A stretch of DNA of 64,000 nucleotides, from NCBI RefSeq assembly GCF_006345805.1, contig NC_042997.1:130324001-130388000 (forward strand). Direction: 5' to 3'. The notes beneath the pieces were generated by a model, which saw nothing but the letters and a program-made list of their open reading frames with translations, searched no databases and was not told where the DNA came from. Source of the stretch: Octopus sinensis. Lineage: Eukaryota. Shown in pieces: positions 9,792 through 22,663 of this stretch (positions are counted from its first letter, which is position 1; each line of letters opens with the position of its first letter). The translations under genes were made by a program, and so were the position numbers.

Positions 9792-10207
9792 TGGTGATGT
9801 TCTACTCTGTAGCCATTTGAACATCACCATCATCATCATTTGCTTCTTGCCTCCTACTCTTTCTATCACCCTCTTCCTCACTTCTTCCCTCTTTACTTAA
9901 CCTCCACTTGAGATTTGTTCAAAGCTTATGCCCTTTTTCTCTCTACACCCCCTTTCCCATTTGTTTACCTTGCATCTCACCTACCCCACTTCTTATATTC
10001 TGGTCTTTCCCCCAACTCTCATTCATCATTCACTAAGTCAAAACTACAGCAATATCATCTTATTTGTCCTTACTGTCAAACAAAAGGCAAGTGTTCAAAA
10101 CCTTAGGTTCTTTGCTGCAGTGAAATTTATTGAATTCTACAAATTTTCCTGTAAAATCAGTGTTTACCTTAGCTCTGACCTTTCAACATCTCTCTCTCTC
10201 TTTTCAG

Positions 10208-10381
10208 ATTATGACACTTTGTTCGTGTGATTGTAAATTTTGTATTGGATGTTTCCAACAATATTTTGAGCTGAAGATAAATAATGAACCTGTTGTTACT
10301 TGGACTTGTCCTATATGTAGCTTACCTGAACTTAGTGAATCTGACACAGTTCGTAATTATTTCAACATTTTAGGCATCCAG
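10208..10381 (+). CDS. RNF31: RNF31/HOIP coding exon (RING1)
   Basis: ttttcAG / CAG|GTaagc; 174 nt; CSCDCKFCIGCFQQYF...CPICSLPEL...YFNILGIQ. Confidence 0.93.
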
Positions 10382-10431
10382 GTAAGCATCTTGTACAATG
10401 TTCTGTTATTTTCATTCACCTTTGATGATTT

Positions 10432-10940
10432 CATCATCATCATCATCATCATTTAACGTCCGCTTTCTATGCTGGCATGGGTTGGACGATTTGACTGAGG
10501 TCTGGCGAACCAGACTCCAATCTGATCTGGCAGAGTTTCTACAGCTGGATGCCCTTCCTTACGCCAACCACTCCGAGAGTGTAGTGGGTGCTTTTACGTG
10601 CCACCGGCATGAGGGCCAGTTTGGTGGTACTGGCAACGGCCACGCCCAAATGGTGCTTTTTACGTGCCACCTGAACAGGAGCCAGTCCAGTGGCACTGGC
10701 GACGGCCTCGCTCGAATATTTCACATGCCACAAGCACAAGTGCTAGTAAGGTGACGTGGTAACGATCACGCTCGAATGGTGTGCTTAACGTGCCATCGGC
10801 ACAAAGGCCAGCTTGTTGCTCTGGCAATGATCTCACTCGTATGGTACTCTAAGCGCTCCACTAGCAACGGATGCCAGTCACCGAATTTGATTTCGACTTC
10901 GATTTGATTTCAACTTCGATATTTGATTTCAACTTCAACT
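10432..10940 (-). repeat. RTE LINE 3'-UTR fragment
   Basis: (CAT)n start on + and TGCCCTTCCT..GCCAACCACTCCGAGAGTGTAGTGGGTGC with tandem GGTGCTTTT.CGTGCCAC units. Confidence 0.8.
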
Positions 10941-10954
10941 TTAAATGTCTTTAA

Positions 10955-11171
10955 CCCTTTCATTACCATATTTCTATTGAGATACTCTGCTTTTGTTTTG
11001 ATTAATTTTGAAAATAATGAACAACTCTGTAAAATAACTTTTTTATTGTTAAGCTGGTGTTAGGAACATATTTTTTCCATCAAAATTTCTGAAATATAAT
11101 TCTGATCTCTTTGAAACAAGGAATTTATATCAGAAGCAAGAGTGTTCTCTGGTGGGTTGGTATCAAGAGAG
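10955..11171. mobile_element. piggyBac-type MITE family 1 (diverged copy)
   Basis: TTAA-CCCTTTCATTACC ... GGTATCAAGAGAG-TTAA; homologous to 20992-21211. Confidence 0.7.
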
Positions 11172-11239
11172 TTAAGTATTGAAAACATCATCAGCATTCT
11201 TGGCAGACACCCATAAAATTATTAACTATCTTACTAACA

Positions 11240-11602
11240 ATAACTCTGAGCACCTTTTCAAACTCCATCTGTTTAACACCTGTGGACATGTTTACAGTCA
11301 GCTCCCATGACTTTTGGAAACATTTTTTCACGCTAAGAGTTGCTGAAGCATGGAACAAACTGCCGGCATCAGTTGTTAGTTGTCGGAGCACTGCATCTTT
11401 CAAAACTTCCATGCTTCCTGAGATTCGCCAACACTACACCTGATTTTCTCTCCTCCATACACACGCAAGCATGTATCTGACTCATACGCTGTTCACTTCC
11501 CAGACATTTGTACATTACTGCAAATGCTTTATACACACTTTTGACAAGTTGTGGTGCACCTGAGCACTGTATACAATAATTTCATTGTTATTATTATTAT
11601 TA
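11240..11602 (+). mobile_element. CR1-like LINE 3' end fragment; second copy at about 47760-48110 (-)
   Basis: Encodes HFFTLRVAEAWNKLPASVVSCRSTASFK, a typical CR1 ORF2 C-terminus, followed by a (TTA)n tail. Confidence 0.75.
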
Positions 11603-12856
11603 CTGCTACAACATTTAACCATTCTAACTGTAAACTCTATTGTCAGCTGCTGTGGTTACTGTTTAACTACAGTCTGCCTCTTGATTCAACAGACTTATGA
11701 TAAGAGGTATTCCATCTAACATCATTCCACCTTTTCTCCAGGCATAAATTATATCAGACTACATTATCTAATTTGCTTTTTTTTTTTAATACTGTAGGGT
11801 GTTAGTTGAAGGATATTTGACAATTATTTCTAGCAGGTCAAATAAGAAAGTCGAAAGCCCCTTGTTGGCTTGCTTCTGTTATGTGATTAGTTTGGCTGGT
11901 ATTTCATATAACAATAAGCATCTTTATAAATTCACTCACTTTTACATTGAATAATAGTATGAACATGCAAGAGTATCCCTAATCTTGTTCAGAAGTTGAG
12001 AAACAAGTATCTTGCCTAAGAATCATATGTCACTCTATATTTTAATTTCGTCTTTTAACCCTTTAACAATCAGATTTATCTATCAAATGTACTGGTTATT
12101 TATTCACATTGGTTTGAATTAATCATGCATTATCTTGTAGCATAGAGATTTCAATGATGTGATTGTTTATTTTTAGAATGACGTTGCAGGGTATGGGCGA
12201 AAGCCAGATCAAACTGTTTTGGACATAAAAATAGGTAGAATATTTGAACTGGATGTGGCCAGCGTAAGCGCAAAAGTGTTGTCCCATGATTTACCACTCA
12301 ACACTCACACATACACATTGCATCACTAGTGCTAGCAGCAAAGGGATTGGTTTTTATAGACAAAGAGAAGATTATATAATGGTTATCTCTCAGTAGGACC
12401 TTGTATAGTCAGGGTAGAAAATTCTTAAGACTTTCAAAAGTTGAAGAGAAATAGGGTACAGTACTTCAGATATATCATACGAAATTGGTGGGTAGGGTGA
12501 ATAGTTTTCATAAATCATTTATGAAAGTAGGTGGTTATTATCAGTTAGCTACACTGTTTTTGTCTAACTCTAGGTTAAACTGTGACCAAGAAGATCCTAT
12601 GATCAAAGGTATTTCATGTATCAATGTCCCGATGTAGTGTTTCGTTTTTAAGATAGTCAGATATGATTTGAGGGCAATTTACCTGTTACTTCTAGCAGAA
12701 TAATTGACCATATATATGACCAGTTGTTGGCCATAATTGTGTTATGCAATTAGCTAACATATATTGAGTATTAAAAATGTCTGAATATTGATTCTCTTAC
12801 TCTGTTGTTGCTTTTTACTAATATTTTGAAAATATTTCAAAATGCAAATTTTTCAG

Positions 12857-12958
12857 ATTAAACAAAATAATTTTAGTCATAAGACTAATATGTTGTATGA
12901 GACCAAACTACGTGATTGGCACTTACAGAGGGATCCTAACTTCCGCTGGTGTCAGCAG
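12857..12958 (+). CDS. RNF31: RNF31/HOIP coding exon (start of IBR)
   Basis: tttcAG / CAG|GTgagt; 102 nt; KLRDWHLQRDPNFRWCQQ. Confidence 0.93.
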
Positions 12959-13667
12959 GTGAGTATTGCTCCTTTTGTAGTGTCTTCACTCTGTGTTGTA
13001 TTCACTTAATTTGTTGACTGAAAAAGAAGCCTGTCGTGTGTGTGTGTGTGTAATGACATTACAGGATAGTTGTAAACAAGTGCCTCTGTTACACATGTGG
13101 TTCCTTTGCATCCAGTCTTCCATAAAAACATGCCTGGTTATGGGGAAATCTTACCTCGCTCGGAAACAAGTGAGGCTTAAAAATCTGGAAGAGCCTCAAG
13201 ATGCAGAAAATCTTCCTGAATGAAATCTTTCTGATACGTGCAAGTACGGAGGAACAGGTGTTAAAATGATTATGATGATAATAAATATGTTATGGCATGG
13301 CACTTTCGTACAATTTGTTGAATTTTAATTATATTTTGCTTTTACAAAATATTGTGTGATGGCCTTAATTAGTAGACTGCACATGATATTTAACTTTTTT
13401 CCCACATTCTAAATAGGACACTTATATCAATTCCGAGGCTCTAAAACTACCAGCAAGGCTGAGGTTTAGCTTGAATGTCTGCTGGGGAAACATAAAGGTG
13501 CCACATAAAAAGTGTTGGTGCCATGTAAAAAACCACCCATCTGTACTAGTGCCACATTAAAAAAACACCCAGTACAGTCTGCAAAGTGTTTACTGTTAGG
13601 AGGGGCTCTCAGCTATAGATATCAAGCCAAAATACAGCCAGCTCTAGCCAAACCATCAAGCCCATCA

Positions 13668-14070
13668 TCATCATTGTTCGACCGTGGTCGAGACAATGGA
13701 ATTTACTATGTTATGCCAGACTTCACAGTCCATCATAGCATTACAGAGGTCCTGTTGCTGGATGCCTGTATCCCTGGAGATTACATCAGGGTAGGAGAGT
13801 GTGCGCCCTCTGGTATCGCGAGCAGATGGCTTCCAGAGGAGAAAAGTAGAAATTACCTCGTCTTCAGCTCTACAACAATGTCCAGCAAACTGGACTCTTT
13901 TACCTTTCACAAGAGATGATACAGGTGGTAATTTCCCATATATTTGTACTTTGGTTGGATGACGCTTCCACGAGAGATTTTGAGCTCTCATAAGGAGGCG
14001 AGTGTAAGTTCCATCCAACCGCCTCACAAACTTCTTTGATAACATCCAGGTTTCTGAGCCATATAGTAGA
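13668..14070 (-). mobile_element. RTE-like LINE 3' fragment from a second family
   Basis: LLYGSETWMLSKK...RVQFAGHCCR...SYPDVISRDTG post-RT region, ending in (GAT)n. Confidence 0.75.
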
Positions 14071-14479
14071 TGGAAAATGGACATTAAATGATGATGATGA
14101 GTCCCAGAAAGTTACAGTTGTATATATAGAAGGAGGATCGAGCAAGTTATTTGGTCTACAATTTGGGGATGGAACACAGTAAGGACGTTGAAAGGTGGAG
14201 AGAGAGACAGAGAGAGGCAGTCATATTAGGTGTGCTTGGATGGCACACAACTTGTAAGTTTTGAAGACAGAGAGTATTGTATTAGCTATAGAAGTGATGG
14301 TGGAGAAGTAGGATAGGGATCTGTTACGGTGGTGACTAAAGGATTACTTAACTGTGAGGTTATTCTGGTGTGTGAAGGGTCTTGAATGGGGGTGGGAGTG
14401 TAATGATGTGGTTAATAGTCTGTGTATATAGTAAAGTATATTTTTCAAATGCATTCTAATCATGTGAATATAGAAAAAT

Positions 14480-15075
14480 GTAGTAAGAAGCTTGCTTCCC
14501 GACCATGTGCTTCGAGGTTCAGTCCCACTGAGTGGCATCTTCTACAAGTGTCTTCTACTATAGCCTCAGGCAGACCAAAGCCTTGTGAGTGCATTTGGCA
14601 GATGGAAACTAATAGAAACTTGTTGAATACATGTGTATATATATATCTTCTGGTCATTTCAATATGTGACCGCGTGTGTATTGTTGGCGATTTTCTTTCT
14701 CTGTCTTCCCTTCCTTTGACCTTTCCTTTTTCTATGTTTCTGATGAAGAGCGCTGCTCGAAATGTTAAATCCTCCTTCTTTCTTTCCTTTCCTGAGCATC
14801 CAATAACACTATACTTGTTCCACGTCCTCGCGTTGTTGTGTTTTCTCTTTGTTCATTTTTGGATTAACTATGTGTGTGTGTGTGTCCTACTACCGCTTGA
14901 AAATCAGGTTGGTGTGTTTATGTCCCCATAACTTAGCAGTTCAGCAAAAGAGGCCAATAGAATAAATACCAGGCTTAAATAAAGAAGTACTGGGGTTGAT
15001 TCGTTTGACTAAAATTTCTACAAGGTGATGCCCCAGCATGGCTGCAGTCTAATGATAGAAACAAATTAAAGATAA
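14480..15075 (+). repeat. SINE family A copy interrupted by a Penelope-like terminal-repeat insert (about 14646-14870)
   Basis: SINE head at 14480-14620 and tail at 14880-15075. The insert sits in the internal (TA)/(TG) tract, carries CTGATGA-AGAGC-GCT-GCTC-GAAA, and recurs at about 45800-45880 (-). Confidence 0.65.
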
Positions 15076-15227
15076 GTGTTTGTATGTGTATTTTTATGTG
15101 TATAAGTGTGTGTGCGTGCATGTACTTTGCAAAGAATACAGGAAAATGAAGGGAATTTGCTCCTGTTTACCAGAACACACCAGTATAAGGAAAAAATTAT
15201 TGAAAATTCATTGTACTTCTTTTTCAG

Positions 15228-15317
15228 TGTGGTGGTGGTTTTCTGTTTGATGGAAAAGGACTGAAGATGAGTTGTCCATTTTGTAACAGAGCGATGTGTT
15301 TTAAATGTGAGAAAGTG
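15228..15317 (+). CDS. RNF31: RNF31/HOIP coding exon (IBR)
   Basis: ttttcAG / GTG|GTaagt; 90 nt; CGGGFLFDGKGLKMSCPFCNRAMCFKCEKV. Confidence 0.93.
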
Positions 15318-15995
15318 GTAAGTTTTTACTTCTCTCTTTTATTATGCTGCAGACGAGATGGATTAAGTTTAGGACCAAAGAGCAGACTACTATCATCTTC
15401 TCTCTTAATTTTCATCATGTTTCTATTTTTTGCAAAGTTTCCAGATTTACCTATATCATTCTCTTACACATGCAGGTACAACACTAAATTTCCAGACACT
15501 GATGTTCTGGAACTGCTTATATTCTGCACTAATTAATGAGTGGGAACTTCAGATTCTTGCAGCCTCCAGACTAGTTTCTGGTACCTTAAACTTTTATCAT
15601 TCATACTAATATACAGGCATCTGTATTTCATTTAATTATTTGAAGCAAATTTAACATTTGTTTACTTTAGAGGTGACCACCTCTTATTTGGAAAAGTCAA
15701 TAATCTGAAAAGGCTTCGGAACCAAAGGTTTTTGGAAAAATTGGTGTTGTACCTGCAGCTTACTATAAATTTAAACTATATCTTGTCTTAGTTCAACTCA
15801 TAATTAGTGTTAATTTTATCTATTGCTGAAGGTCTTCTCTTAGAATTTAACTTGTGCTTTGTCTGTGAATTATTCAAGTTCAGGAAATACAATCTTACAC
15901 TTTAATTATAAAAAAATATAGAACATTAATGATAGTCTAGGCATCACCAAGAACTGAGATACCTATTCTGTTTAGGTTGTATAGATGAGGTGATA

Positions 15996-16723
15996 TCTAT
16001 AATAATAATAAAAGCGAAATTTTGTCTGTCCGTCTGGACCCCCGTATCTCAGTCTATATTTGCTCTACATAACCATATCATACCTTTTTGGAATCAGGAT
16101 GATCCTGGGATTGAAAATCTTATTTATTTATTGCCCACAAGGGGCTAAACATAGAGGGGACAAACAAGGACAGACAAAAGGATTAAGTCGATTACATCGA
16201 CCCCAGTGCATAACTGGTACTTAATTTATTGACCCTGAAAGGATGAAAGGCAAAGTCGACCTCGGCAGAATTTGAACTTAGAATGTAATGGCAGACAAAA
16301 TACTGCTAAGTATTTCGCCCGGCATGCTAACGATTTTGCCAGCTCGCCTGGGATTGAAAATCTGCCCTTCATTTCGTTCTTGAATATCCAGCATTGGGAT
16401 CTGACTTAAAAACATTTGTGTTGCTATTTCCAGCAGGTAAAGTTTGGCTAATCCATGCCACTTTGGTTGGCGTTTATCACATGATGCCAGAGATCAAGCA
16501 GGAGATAAATAACATTTGCTTTGTTAATTTTATGCCAAGATAAGAACTTTGGGACAAATTGGCCAACTGTCCTTAACCTCTAATCAAACACCATGGAGGC
16601 ATATATTCATTATAGAAATATTATAGTCATGCTATTTAGATCTCTTTAGTTTTGGGCAACAGGCCCGATTAGCCCTCTACAGGAGGAAGCTTAAAAGTCC
16701 GCACAGTGTGGCTTTTAAGCTAG
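15996..16723 (+). mobile_element. Non-autonomous Helitron containing a nested SINE
   Basis: A|TCTATAATAATAATAAAAGCG 5' end and a subterminal hairpin CCGCACAGTGTGG before the CTAG|T 3' end, with no TSD. The SINE at 16121-16348 is flanked by the TSD TGGGATTGAAAATCT. Confidence 0.8.
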
Positions 16724-17001
16724 TAACAGATATTACTTGCTTCATCTGATGCCAAGATATTTAATGATATTGCTATGCATCACTATTCCTTCTATCTCAC
16801 TTCCTGTCTTCCTTTTCTGTAAAGACATGGGAAGAAGTGATGGTGCCAAACTAAGATTAAAAAAGAAGACTCCCACAAGAGATGAGAAATCAGGCAGATA
16901 TATCCAACCTTTATAACACCGTAGAAAAATGTTAAATATTGTTGATGCTGATATGATGTTTATTGTTGTTGCCTACTACTAAATGTTGTCTTCTGTTTCA
17001 G

Positions 17002-17116
17002 TGGGGTGATCAGCACCAGAATCTAAGTTGTGAAAAATACAATGAATGGTTGATTAATAACCATCCAGAAAATCAAGCACAAGGTCTTGAAATAATACTC
17101 AAAAAGAATGGAATTA
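17002..17116 (+). CDS. RNF31: RNF31/HOIP coding exon (IBR end and linker)
   Basis: tttcAG / A|GTacgt; 115 nt ending in phase 1; WGDQHQNLSCEKYNEW...PENQAQGL...NGI. Confidence 0.93.
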
Positions 17117-17350
17117 GTACGTATTTAAGTTTTCACCCTAAAACTTTTCACCCACAGCTCTCCTCATCCATCCATAGTACATGACCATACCAATGCAAAC
17201 GTCTCTCTTGCACACCACATCTGATGCTTCTTATGTCCAACATTTCTCCCAGGGCGTCCTGTTTCTATATGTAGCACAATCTATTCTATACCTTATCTAT
17301 ATGTTTACATACACACAAACAAATAATTGTTACTACCTCTTCTATTTCAG

Positions 17351-17469
17351 TCTGTCCACAATGTAAATACGTTTACTTCCTAAGTAAAGGTGGTTGTATT
17401 CATTTTACCTGCAAAGAATGCCGACATCAGTTTTGTTCTGGCTGCCAGAAAAAATTTTACTCAAAAGAT
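17351..17469 (+). CDS. RNF31: RNF31/HOIP coding exon (RING2 with catalytic Cys/His)
   Basis: tttcAG / GAT|GTaagt; 119 nt; [31 protein letters not shown] (human GGCMHFHC). Confidence 0.95.
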
Positions 17470-17687
17470 GTAAGTCATATATTTAAATTATGTTTGCTGA
17501 TCTGTAGATTTGTCATTTAAGGAGTGAATACCAGTGTTTAATAGATTGCAGACTTATTTTACTCTTTTCCTATTCACAGTGGTCTAGACAAACTGATCTC
17601 TTTGACAAGTAGTAACAGAAATACCACTGTCTAGGCACTTTTCTGCTAGATATATGCCATGTATTCTATCTTGCCTTCATATATATA

Positions 17688-17743
<56 letters not shown>

Positions 17744-17849
17744 GTGTGTGTGTGTGTATATATATATATCATCATCGTTTAACGTCCGCTTTCCATGCTA
17801 GCATGGGTTGGACTGCTAGTGTATATATATATATCAGCTTCATCATTAG

Positions 17850-18980
17850 CCTTTAACGTCCTCTCTCCATGCTGGCATGGGTTAGATAGTTTGACTAGAG
17901 TTGATGAGCCAGAGAGCTGCACCTGGTTCCAGTCTGATTTGGCATGGTTTCTACAACTGGATGCCCTTCCTAATGCTAACCAGCAATGACCATGGCAATT
18001 ATTCACAGATGGGTGCCATTTACATAACACCGGCAATGACCACGATTCTGATTCATGGGTACCATTTGCATGGCACCACCAATGATCATGATTCCTGGGT
18101 ACCAATTTACATGGCACCATTTTACATGGTACTGGCATTGACCACGATGATTCATAGGTGCCATCTACATGGTACCATCAATGACCACAACTATGATTCA
18201 TGGGTGTCATTTACATAGCACTGGCAGTGACCAAGACTACGATTTCACTTGGCCTGATGAGTCTTCTCATGCACATCATATTGCCAGAGATTTTGGGTCA
18301 CTTGTCATCATCTCTCTGAGGTCCAAAGTTCATAGATCATGCTTCACCACCTCATCCCATGTCTTTCTGGGTTTATCTCTACCACAAGTTCCCTCCACAG
18401 TTAGAGATCAACGCTCTTTACAACTTTTTCATCCATATGCATCATATGACCATACCAACTGAGTTGTCTCTCTTGCACACCACGTCTGTCAAGATGCTTA
18501 CACTCTGTTGTACATACACATCGACATTGTACATCCAGCGAAGCATACTATCGTCATTTCTTTCAAGCCGACACATGTCTTCGGCAGTCACAGGCCCACT
18601 TCACTGCCATGTAGCATGGTTACTTGCACACAGGCGCCATACAGTCTGCCTTTCACTCTTAGGGAGAGGCTCTTTGTTACTAACAGAGGTACGAGGTCTC
18701 TGAACTTTGCCTAGTATATTCTTATTCTAGCAGTTACACTCTTGGAGCATTCACCTCCACTACTAACTTGGTCATCTAGATAATGGACGCTATCAACTAT
18801 CTCTAGCTTACCTCTCTGGCATTTGATGGAGTCTATTTTTTGTACATTTGTGGTGTTAATTGTACCTGTGCACCTGCCACACACAGTGACTAGTTTCCCA
18901 TTTTAACCTTCCTTTGGTATTGCTGCACCGCTTATGTATCCATAGCTTATACTGGGTACATCTTAAGGAGTTTCTACCTA
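17850..18980 (-). mobile_element. Decayed RTE LINE 3' portion with an expanded ~39-bp tandem repeat (17985-18240)
   Basis: Colinear similarity with 23900-24690 and a 3'-UTR tail. Confidence 0.75.
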
Positions 18981-19135
18981 TATATATATATATATATATA
19001 TTTTTTGAGAGAAGATTAAATGTTAAGATTGAGAAAAGAACCTTTTTAGAAAGCTGAAAGACAATAACCTTTCGGAAGTGGTTTCACAAAATGTGTGTGG
19101 GCTTTGGTTTTATAGATATGCAAGTGCTTTCAATT

Positions 19136-19460
19136 CTTAACGTTTTCAAGCATGTGTTATTGTATATTGTGGAAGTTGTTTTCAGTCAAATTGTTGTTGA
19201 CTGTTTCTGGTTTAGTTTTGGATTCAGGGATTGCACCTAGATGCATACCATGTAGTAATCATCTGGACACCTATGCACAAGGAAAATTTATAATTTTCCT
19301 TCTTCATAAAATAAATGAAGAGAATGATCTTCTCCGGAAGGTAAAAGAAGAATATTTCATAAAATTTCTGAGTCCAAAACTGAACCGGAAATAGTCAACA
19401 ACAATTTTACTGAAAACAACTTTCACTATATACAATAACACGTGCTTGAAAACGTTAAGG
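19136..19460 (+). mobile_element. Penelope-like element fragment (GIY-YIG C-terminus) with inverted terminal duplication
   Basis: CIPCSNHLDTYAQGKF...LRKVKEEYFIKFLSPKLN; ~95-bp inverted arms at 19136-19230 and 19365-19460. Confidence 0.7.
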
Positions 19461-20181
19461 ACTCTGTAAAGTGATTAGCATTAGGAAGGGCATCCAGCTA
19501 TAGAAATCATGCCAAAACTGACATGGAGCCCAGGTATCTCTTCAACTGGCCAGCTCTTGACAAATTGTCCAACCCATGCCAGCATGGAAAGCAGACGTTA
19601 AATGATGATGATTAAAGATGAAATATGTTTTGATGTCTCAAGGACAGCCTTTGTCTTGATCTTTCCAAAAAGGATTTTCAACTCAATATTTACATGCTAT
19701 TATAGTTTTATATATGCTCTAAGAATCAATTCCAAGAAAGAATTAGGTATATTGGTCAAGCTTTACACGCATCAACAGACATACGCTATGCTGTTCAAAA
19801 AGCAAAATGAAGAAAAGAATTTGTCCTTTTCTGATCATGAAATGGAGATCTTGTGTTTGTACCTGATGGCATGTTTGTCTTGTGCTTTTGCATATTGTCT
19901 TCAACGAGAATTCTCTCCCAAGACTATTTGCACAGCAGAAGGTCTTCCCACAACTGGGTGTACTTGACTGTTTTTAGATATGGCTTTACACAGTTTCCCA
20001 TGATTTGAAAGCTATTTTGCTGCTATTTCTGGCAGGTTGAGAATCTACATAGAAGTGCCCTCATTAGCTCAATATCTTTTTTTATTTAGAACTGTATGAA
20101 AATAATGATTTAATTTAAAATATTTATTGTTTCATTCTAATATTAAATGTATTTTAAAATTTGCATCTATCACTTCACTAG

Positions 20182-20295
20182 GAATGCAAAAAATTCAAAA
20201 GCTGTTGCACAAAAGGTATCCATGCCCACCATCCAAGAAATTGTTTATATTACCTGCGAGACAACTCTATTGGAGACCTGCAGAAATTACTTCAG
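20182..20295 (+). CDS. RNF31: RNF31/HOIP coding exon (RING2 zinc-finger insert and LDD start)
   Basis: cactAG / CAG|GTaagt; 114 nt; CKKFKSCCTKGIHAHHPRNCLYYLRD...LQKLLQ. Confidence 0.95.
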
Positions 20296-20602
20296 GTAAG
20301 TTTGAAATGTAACTGTGCTGGTGGTGGTGGTGGTTTATATTACATTGAGGTATTTAGAATAATATCTTTTCCAAATATCAAGTTGTTTTGAAGTGTCTCA
20401 TACCAAAATTGTTTCTCCAAAGTGGCACCTCTCTTAGTTTTAACTCTTCATCATCACTTTAGGGTTAAAGTCCACCTTTCCATGTTTGCATAGGTCAGAT
20501 GGAATAGGGAACATGTCTGCTTGATTTCAAAGATTAATTCAGAGAGTTAAAATTCTGTACCTGGTTCAAGATGCCTAGCCATTCAACTGTGAAGTGAACA
20601 AT

Positions 20603-20921
20603 ACTGGCACTTCGTCAGTTATGACAATGAGAGTTCTATCTGATCCACTCAACAGAACAGCCTACTTGTGAAATTAATATGCGAGTGGCTGAGCACTCCA
20701 CAGACACGTGTACCCTTAATGTAATTCTCAGGGAGATTCAGCATGAAAGAATGTAACAAGGCTGGCCCTTTGAAATTCAGGTACTATTCATTTTTGCCAG
20801 CTGAGTGAACTGGAGTCAGTGTGAAATAAAGTGTCTTGCTCAAGGACACCACACACCACCGAGAATCAAACTCACGTCCTTATGATCGTGATGCAAATAC
20901 CCTAACCACTAAGCCATCTGC
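20603..20921 (-). repeat. tRNA-derived SINE family C; related decayed copies at about 35130-35345(-) and 41350-41540(+)
   Basis: Head ATGGCTTAGTGGTTAGGGTA...GAGTTTGATTCTC followed by GTGTCCTTGAGCAAGACACTT. Confidence 0.65.
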
Positions 20922-20991
20922 TTTCATTAAAGCAAGTAATATGTTAACCGAAGCAACTATGGGATAGAAATGTTAAGAAAAATTGTTTTAA

Positions 20992-21211
20992 CCATTTCGT
21001 TACTGTATTTATTTTGAGATGCTCTGTATTTCTTTCAATTACTTTAAATATAACAAAGAATTTAGTAAAATAACTTAGTTATCATTCAGCCAGTGTTAGG
21101 AACATAAATTGTGACTAAGGTTTGGTGGAAGATTTGAATTCAAAACTGATGAAAACAAGACATTTGTACTCTGAGCCAGAGCCGGTTTCAGCTGGGTTGG
21201 TAACAAAAGGG
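20992..21211. mobile_element. piggyBac-type MITE family 1
   Basis: TTAA TSD; TIR CC(A/C)TTTCGTTAC / GTAAC(A/G)AAAGGG; about 220 bp. Confidence 0.85.
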
Positions 21212-21558
21212 TTAATCTTTCCAAGCTTCTCTCTTAGTTAACATCTGGTTGTTAGGTGTTGCTTGTACAGGAAAGCATAGGTCTTCAGGTTTCCAACTAA
21301 CAATAACCACGCCTTGGATAACCCTCATTGGCTATGGTACTGCCTTCTCATAGCATTAATTTATTTTAAACTTAAGCAGGAATGATGCAAAAAATATTTG
21401 CAATTAAAATGTGAGAAATGCATGAAATCTGTTTACTTTTCTCTTCCTTTGCACAATCATAGCTGTCTGTGTTTGGATTAGAAATTAGAAACCCTTTACA
21501 TAGCAAAGCAACTGCCATGAAGAATTATCTTGCATTTTTTTTTCCAACTATTTTGCAG

Positions 21559-21701
21559 ATGAGTCATGTAAATTTTGACACAGAATCTAAAGAACAAGTC
21601 GATGTGTGTCCTGTGATTGAACAGAAAGAAATCTCGTCTGATACTTACAAAGATGCCAAATGTGGAAAAGATGCTTCACGGGGTAACGCTGGTTTTTGCA
21701 C
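21559..21701 (+). CDS. RNF31: RNF31/HOIP coding exon (LDD)
   Basis: ttgcAG / AC|GTaagt; 143 nt ending in phase 2; CPVIEQKE...DAKCGK...AGFC. Confidence 0.94.
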
Positions 21702-22196
21702 GTAAGTTCAAAGGTTTTTATCTAGTATTCTGTAAGATGAGATATGTATAAGAACTTGTTGATAATCAAATATCAAGAAAGAATATGGGATAATTTGAGA
21801 CATATCTCTATTCAGCCTCTACCAGCATAGAACATTCTTTGATACTTATAGGGATTATACATGTGTGGGCATGGCTGTATGGTTAAAATCTTTACTTCAC
21901 AATCATCTGTCTTTATGTTATGTCTCTCTGTGGAACCTTGAGCAAGTGTCTTTTATTATAGTCCCTAACTGACCAAAACCTTGTGAGTGGGTTTCATTGA
22001 TAGAAACTGGTTATATACATCTGTTTATTATGTACACTGTGTATATTAGTTAGGCTGGTGTCCCTCATCTTGATTCTTGCTGTGACTATGTTTCAGCTGT
22101 TGTATGCTTCAGCCTTCTTCAGGTGTCTTGTGATCCACCTTAGAACTTTGCTTGGGATTGGACTCAAAACTAGCCAACACTTTTTATCCTCTACAC

Positions 22197-22486
22197 CAGT
22201 GGTTCCCAAAGTGGGTGGCATTGCTCCCCTGGGGACGGTGGAAAGATCCGGGGGGGGGGGCTTTGAAGAAAAGTGGGGCGATAATGGGGTAACCAAAATG
22301 GGGCAATGGATGCAAAACAAATAAAATAAAGGGTTAATTAGGTCAAGTTTTATTTGTGACATACTGTTGTATTGAACTTGCTGCAGAAAATGGTCTATGT
22401 CTGTGATGGTAAGTGGAGCGAGGGGTACTAGGAATGTGGCCTTAGAACCAAGAGGGTGGCAGCCTGAAAAAGTTTGGGAATCACTG
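22197..22486. mobile_element. hAT (Charlie-like) MITE
   Basis: TIR CAGTGGTTCCCAAA / TTTGGGAATCACTG with a perfect 8-bp TSD CTCTACAC on both sides. Confidence 0.9.
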
Positions 22487-22663
22487 CTCTACACTATACC
22501 CATAGATAGAGCAAATTTTTTAAAGCTTATAAAACTCTATTGATGTCTTGTGTTGGCTCCGTACCAATTGGGTAATAAATACAGAATTGTATATATGTGT
22601 TTGTATTGTTTGAGTTTGTATTTCTATCATCTACATGTGTATTTTGTTTGCTGATTGTAAACA

